Shown: in pieces, positions 60,357 through 64,000 of the stretch
How the letters are laid out: each line of letters begins with the position of its first letter
Numbering within the stretch: the stretch's first letter is position 1
Assembly: GCA_965658655.1 (NCBI GenBank)
Contig: CBFHTA010000001.1
Span: 424,722-488,721, forward strand
Direction of reading: 5' to 3'
Source of the DNA: Candidatus Babelota bacterium
Lineage (GTDB): Bacteria > Babelota > Babeliae > Babelales > CAIQNR01
DNA: 64,000 bases
Position numbers and translations under genes: made by a program
The notes under the pieces: model-generated
Databases searched by the model: none
What the model was told of the DNA's origin: nothing
The model's input: the letters and a program-made list of their open reading frames with translations, nothing else

Positions 60357-60481
60357 TGGTTCAATAAATGAATCTTCAGCTTTCATGTGATTAATTATTG
60401 CTTTAGGAGGCCTCTTTATGGCATTTTGAATTTTAGGATGACTCATGAAAGTTACCTTAAGATAGGCATAGAGAGGTTATA

Positions 60482-61531
60482 ATGAAGAAAGTATGTGTTT
60501 TTATTCTATTACTTGTTGGAGGGTTTGATTTAGGCGCTTTGCCAAGTGCTTCTACATTGTCAAAAGACGATAAAGCAGAAATTGCAGCACTTCCGATCCC
60601 TGAACAACGAAAGCATATATTTAATTTTCCGTTACGGATATTATCCGATTCTAATGTTGATGTATCAACAGATGCCGCCCTTACAGCTCAATTATCGAAA
60701 CTAGATCTTTATCAATTGATATCATCTGAGCATCGAAGCAGAGTTTTTCAAACAGTAAAATCTTTGCTGCCGTTGATCCCTGATATAATGAAATATATTC
60801 AAGAAGTTTTAAAACACGAAGTGGTAAGCATTATATTTTATGGAAGCTATCTTTGGGGTTTTGAGCCACGGGATTTAGATGTTCTTGTTGTGGTTAACAA
60901 GCGAATTTTAACAATTCATGAGATTCAAGATCTTGATACACTATTGTCTAAAGAAACAAAGTTGGAAAAAAATGTAAAAAAAGTAAGCTTCCACATTATC
61001 GGTCAAGAGGTGCTAAAAAATAATGTTGATCCTTATATTCCTGCAGATGTATTATTTGATAAACCTGGTTTGATGATTAATTCTTATCGTACAAGAGGAA
61101 ATAAGACGCTTCTTGTTTTATGGGGGAAAAAATTTATTCTAACACCTCATCAAGTTGAAAATAATTTAGCCGATATGTCTAGACTATTAATTAGTGTTTA
61201 TCAAAGGATGAATAATACGTTTTATAAGAAAAAAACTGAAGATGAACATTTTAGAAAATCAGCCAAAAGAATGAGCGTTGTTGCAACAGTATTATCTCGT
61301 ATTCAAGGAAAATGGGTATTACCAAGGGAAAAGCGGGAAAGTTTAAGTGTAATCGGAATAACTGATCATCCATCTTCTGACCAGAAGCGTTTAATAGTTT
61401 CTGTTTATAGAGATGTTTTCAATGCATATCAGAAAATTATACAAAAGGTAGAGCAGGGAGAAATAACTAACATGGCACCTATGGAAGACTTAATTAAGGA
61501 AGAGAGGAATGATTTAAGCTTAAACAAATAA
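60482..61531 (+). CDS. Putative secreted pol-beta-superfamily nucleotidyltransferase
   Basis: Signal-like N-terminus, IIFYGSYLWG..PRDLDVLVV (GS...DxD), helical C-terminal domain. Confidence 0.7.
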   Translation: MKKVCVFILLLVGGFDLGALPSASTLSKDDKAEIAALPIPEQRKHIFNFPLRILSDSNVDVSTDAALTAQLSKLDLYQLISSEHRSRVFQTVKSLLPLIPDIMKYIQEVLKHEVVSIIFYGSYLWGFEPRDLDVLVVVNKRILTIHEIQDLDTLLSKETKLEKNVKKVSFHIIGQEVLKNNVDPYIPADVLFDKPGLMINSYRTRGNKTLLVLWGKKFILTPHQVENNLADMSRLLISVYQRMNNTFYKKKTEDEHFRKSAKRMSVVATVLSRIQGKWVLPREKRESLSVIGITDHPSSDQKRLIVSVYRDVFNAYQKIIQKVEQGEITNMAPMEDLIKEERNDLSLNK

Positions 61532-61622
61532 ACTTTAAGCTCGAGGTGCGCCAATTGTTGCTATAGGAGCTTTGATTGTGTTATTCTGGTTCATAGTAAA
61601 GAATAATTAAAAGGAGGAAACT

Positions 61623-62066
61623 ATGAAGAAAATATTAATTTTATCAATTGCACTTTTAGCAGCAGTTCCTGGATTGCAAGCTGATCATAATAATACTTGT
61701 TCATCAAGTAAAAAGCATGTTGCTAAGAAAGCATGTGCAACATGTGCCAATGCAAAAGTATGTAGAGCGTGTACAAGCCACGGTAAAGAAGCATGTTCTT
61801 GTAAGCACTCAGCACATTGTAAATGTTCAAACAAAAGTAAAGGTGGACCGGTAAAAAGAACTTTGAGAGCAACAGGAAATGTTGTTAAAGATACAGGAGA
61901 AGTTGTAGCGGCACCGTTTAAAGCTTTATTTGGTGACGACGAAGATGCAAAAGAATCACATCATGTGAAACACAATAATCATAAAGCAAGCAATGAAATA
62001 CACATTGATCAACTTGAAGAAAATGATATGGCAGAATCAAGTAATGATAGTTTCAGTGCTTATTAA
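61623..62066 (+). CDS. Putative secreted Cys/His-rich protein
   Basis: AGGAGG RBS, signal peptide, CATC...CRAC..H...CSC.H..HC.C. Confidence 0.8.
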   Translation: MKKILILSIALLAAVPGLQADHNNTCSSSKKHVAKKACATCANAKVCRACTSHGKEACSCKHSAHCKCSNKSKGGPVKRTLRATGNVVKDTGEVVAAPFKALFGDDEDAKESHHVKHNNHKASNEIHIDQLEENDMAESSNDSFSAY

Positions 62067-62085
62067 TTAAGAATAATATTTGTAT

Positions 62086-62118
62086 AAAAAAAGGCAGCTT
62101 TTAACGGCTGCCTTTTTT
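62086..62118. terminator. Bidirectional terminator
   Basis: aaaaaaggcagc...gctgcctttttt. Confidence 0.85.
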
Positions 62119-62140
62119 CTTTCTAAAAACTATCTAGAAT

Positions 62141-62290
62141 TTAATCTTCGATAAGTTCTTTAGAGTGTTTTCTTGTTACTTTTTTCTCAGTCTTAGGTTT
62201 CTTTTTCTCAGTTTTTTTACTTAAACATCCTGGTAAAAAAGCTAGTGTTGAAACGCAAAGTAATGCGAAAAATGTTTTGTTCTTCTTCAT
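62141..62290 (-). CDS. 49-aa Lys-rich lipoprotein (not in the ORF track)
   Basis: GGGAG RBS; MKKNKTFFALLCVSTLAFLPGCLSKKTEKKKPKTEKKVTRKHSKELIED. Confidence 0.7.
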   Translation of the reverse strand: MKKNKTFFALLCVSTLAFLPGCLSKKTEKKKPKTEKKVTRKHSKELIED

Positions 62291-62314
62291 AGATAAAACT
62301 CCCTGTTGTAACAG

Positions 62315-64000
62315 TTATTTCTTCTTCGTTGTTTTCTTCTTAATAGTTTTTTTCTTAGGAGCTGGCTTCTTAAAAGGGTTTTTTACCAACGCTTCTTTTA
62401 ATACTTCGTCCATAGTAGACGCGTATACAAGATTAATTCCTAAGTCTTGATCAATATCCTTAAGAACTTCAGAAACATCATCTTTGTTCTCATTTGGAAT
62501 AATAACCGTTTTAACTTTATGTTGCTTTGCTGCCAATAACTTTTCTTTTATTCCACCAATGGGTAGTACCCGACCACGTAAAGTGATCTCACCTGTCATA
62601 GCAAGATGAGGTTTTACTGCATTTTTACTTAACGCAGAAACTAGAGCAGTACACATGGTAATACCGGCTGAAGGACCGTCTTTTGGAACAGAACCTTCTG
62701 GTAAATGAATATGAATATCTTTGGTTGAGTGGAAAGTTTTTGGAATACCAAGATCTTGTGCACGAGCACGGATGTAACTCAATGCTGCATGTGCAGATTC
62801 CTGCATAACCTCACCAAGCTGACCAGTCAACGTTAAGTTTCCTTTACCCGGCAGAATAGAGATTTCTACTTCTAGAACATCACCACCCAGTTCAGTCCAC
62901 GCAAGTCCAGTTGCTAGCCCAATGTCTTTTTCGGTTGTTAAAGTTTGTTTTTTGTAGATCGGATTACCAAGCCATTCTATAAGCAGCTCTTTGGTAACAG
63001 TGATAGACTTTTGAGTCTTTTTGTCTAGTAGCTTTTGAATAACTTTTCGCATTACTTTAGTAAGTGTTCGTTCTAGTTGACGTACACCTGCTTCTTTTGT
63101 GTAGTCTTCAACAACAAGCTTTAAAATGTCATCGGGAAGTTTGCACTGTTGTTTTGTTAAACCATATTCTTTTAAATTTTTTGGTACTAAAAAGTCTTTC
63201 GAAATTTGTACTTTTTCCGTGTCAGTGTATCCAGAAAGCTGAATAACTTCCATACGATCGTACAATGGATACGGAATGCTATCCATATGGTTTGCTGTTG
63301 TAAGGAACATAACCTGTGAAAGGTCGTATTCAATTTCTAAGAAATGATCAGTAAATGCTTTATTTTGTTCTGGATCTAATACTTCTAATAATGCAGATGC
63401 AGGGTCACCATGAATGTCCATAGACATTTTGTCTATTTCATCGAGTAAAATCACTGGATTAACCGTGCTTGCTTTTTTCATAGCCTGAATAATTTTTCCC
63501 GGAAGAGCACCTATATAGGTTCTGCGATGTCCACGAATTTCTGCTTCGTCTTTAGTTCCACCGAGTGCAATACGCACAAATTCTCGGCCTAAACTCTCTG
63601 CTACAGAACTTGCCAACGATGTTTTACCAACACCGGGAGGTCCCACTAAACAGATGATTGGAGAACGTTCAAAAGATTTAGAGAATTTCTTTGCAGCTAA
63701 AAACTCAATAATACGTTCTTTAGGCTTTTTAAGACCAGCATGAAATTTGTTTAAAATTTTCTCTGCTTGCTTTAAGCTAATGCGATCTTTGCTCTTCTTT
63801 GACCAAGGCAATGATGCAATCCAGTCGATATAATGACGACTTACCACAGCTTCAGAAGAAAGTGGTGGCATCTGCTCAAGGCGTTTTAATTCTTTTTCTA
63901 CTTTATCAAGCGCTTCTTGCGTTGGTTTTAATGCTTTAATTTTTTCACGCAACTGAGTGAATTCAGTTTGTTGGTCTTCTCGACCAAGCTCTTTATGAAT
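62315..64000 (-). CDS. lon: ATP-dependent Lon protease (5' end beyond the window)
   Basis: [42 protein letters not shown]. Confidence 0.97.
   Translation of the reverse strand: MHKELGREDQQTEFTQLREKIKALKPTQEALDKVEKELKRLEQMPPLSSEAVVSRHYIDWIASLPWSKKSKDRISLKQAEKILNKFHAGLKKPKERIIEFLAAKKFSKSFERSPIICLVGPPGVGKTSLASSVAESLGREFVRIALGGTKDEAEIRGHRRTYIGALPGKIIQAMKKASTVNPVILLDEIDKMSMDIHGDPASALLEVLDPEQNKAFTDHFLEIEYDLSQVMFLTTANHMDSIPYPLYDRMEVIQLSGYTDTEKVQISKDFLVPKNLKEYGLTKQQCKLPDDILKLVVEDYTKEAGVRQLERTLTKVMRKVIQKLLDKKTQKSITVTKELLIEWLGNPIYKKQTLTTEKDIGLATGLAWTELGGDVLEVEISILPGKGNLTLTGQLGEVMQESAHAALSYIRARAQDLGIPKTFHSTKDIHIHLPEGSVPKDGPSAGITMCTALVSALSKNAVKPHLAMTGEITLRGRVLPIGGIKEKLLAAKQHKVKTVIIPNENKDDVSEVLKDIDQDLGINLVYASTMDEVLKEALVKNPFKKPAPKKKTIKKKTTKKK

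Overview
AT-rich, gene-dense bacterial chromosome segment. The gene content suggests a reduced intracellular parasite of eukaryotes, most like Candidatus Dependentiae/Babelota (TM6); this taxonomy is my inference, not a search result. Housekeeping backbone: topA (partial), a batA-E vWA/TPR cluster, M23 peptidase, lepB, tRNA-Cys, tRNA-Leu, HU, sufCBDS plus an IscU/SufU scaffold, NurA-family nuclease, dnaJ, tilS, gyrB, tadA, a DksA/TraR protein, rpsI, glmS, S41 protease, FtsB-like protein, superoxide dismutase, lysS, DJ-1/PfpI, recJ, cmk, pyrG and lon (partial). Roughly 30 orphan ORFs with Sec-like signal peptides are interleaved with these genes. Several carry eukaryote-type modules: three C2H2 zinc-finger proteins with Kruppel-like HxxEKPF linkers in two of them, a RING-finger-like protein, a pol-beta-type nucleotidyltransferase, a CVNH-like lectin and four ankyrin proteins. 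The best candidate for an undescribed system is the tandem pair of secreted, NLS-bearing five-finger C2H2 arrays after lysS. Their duplication scar is still visible and the flanks and termini remain close, while the finger arrays have diverged and re-duplicated, as expected for a rapidly re-targeted host-nucleus effector family. I saw no CRISPR array, transposase, integrase or rRNA.
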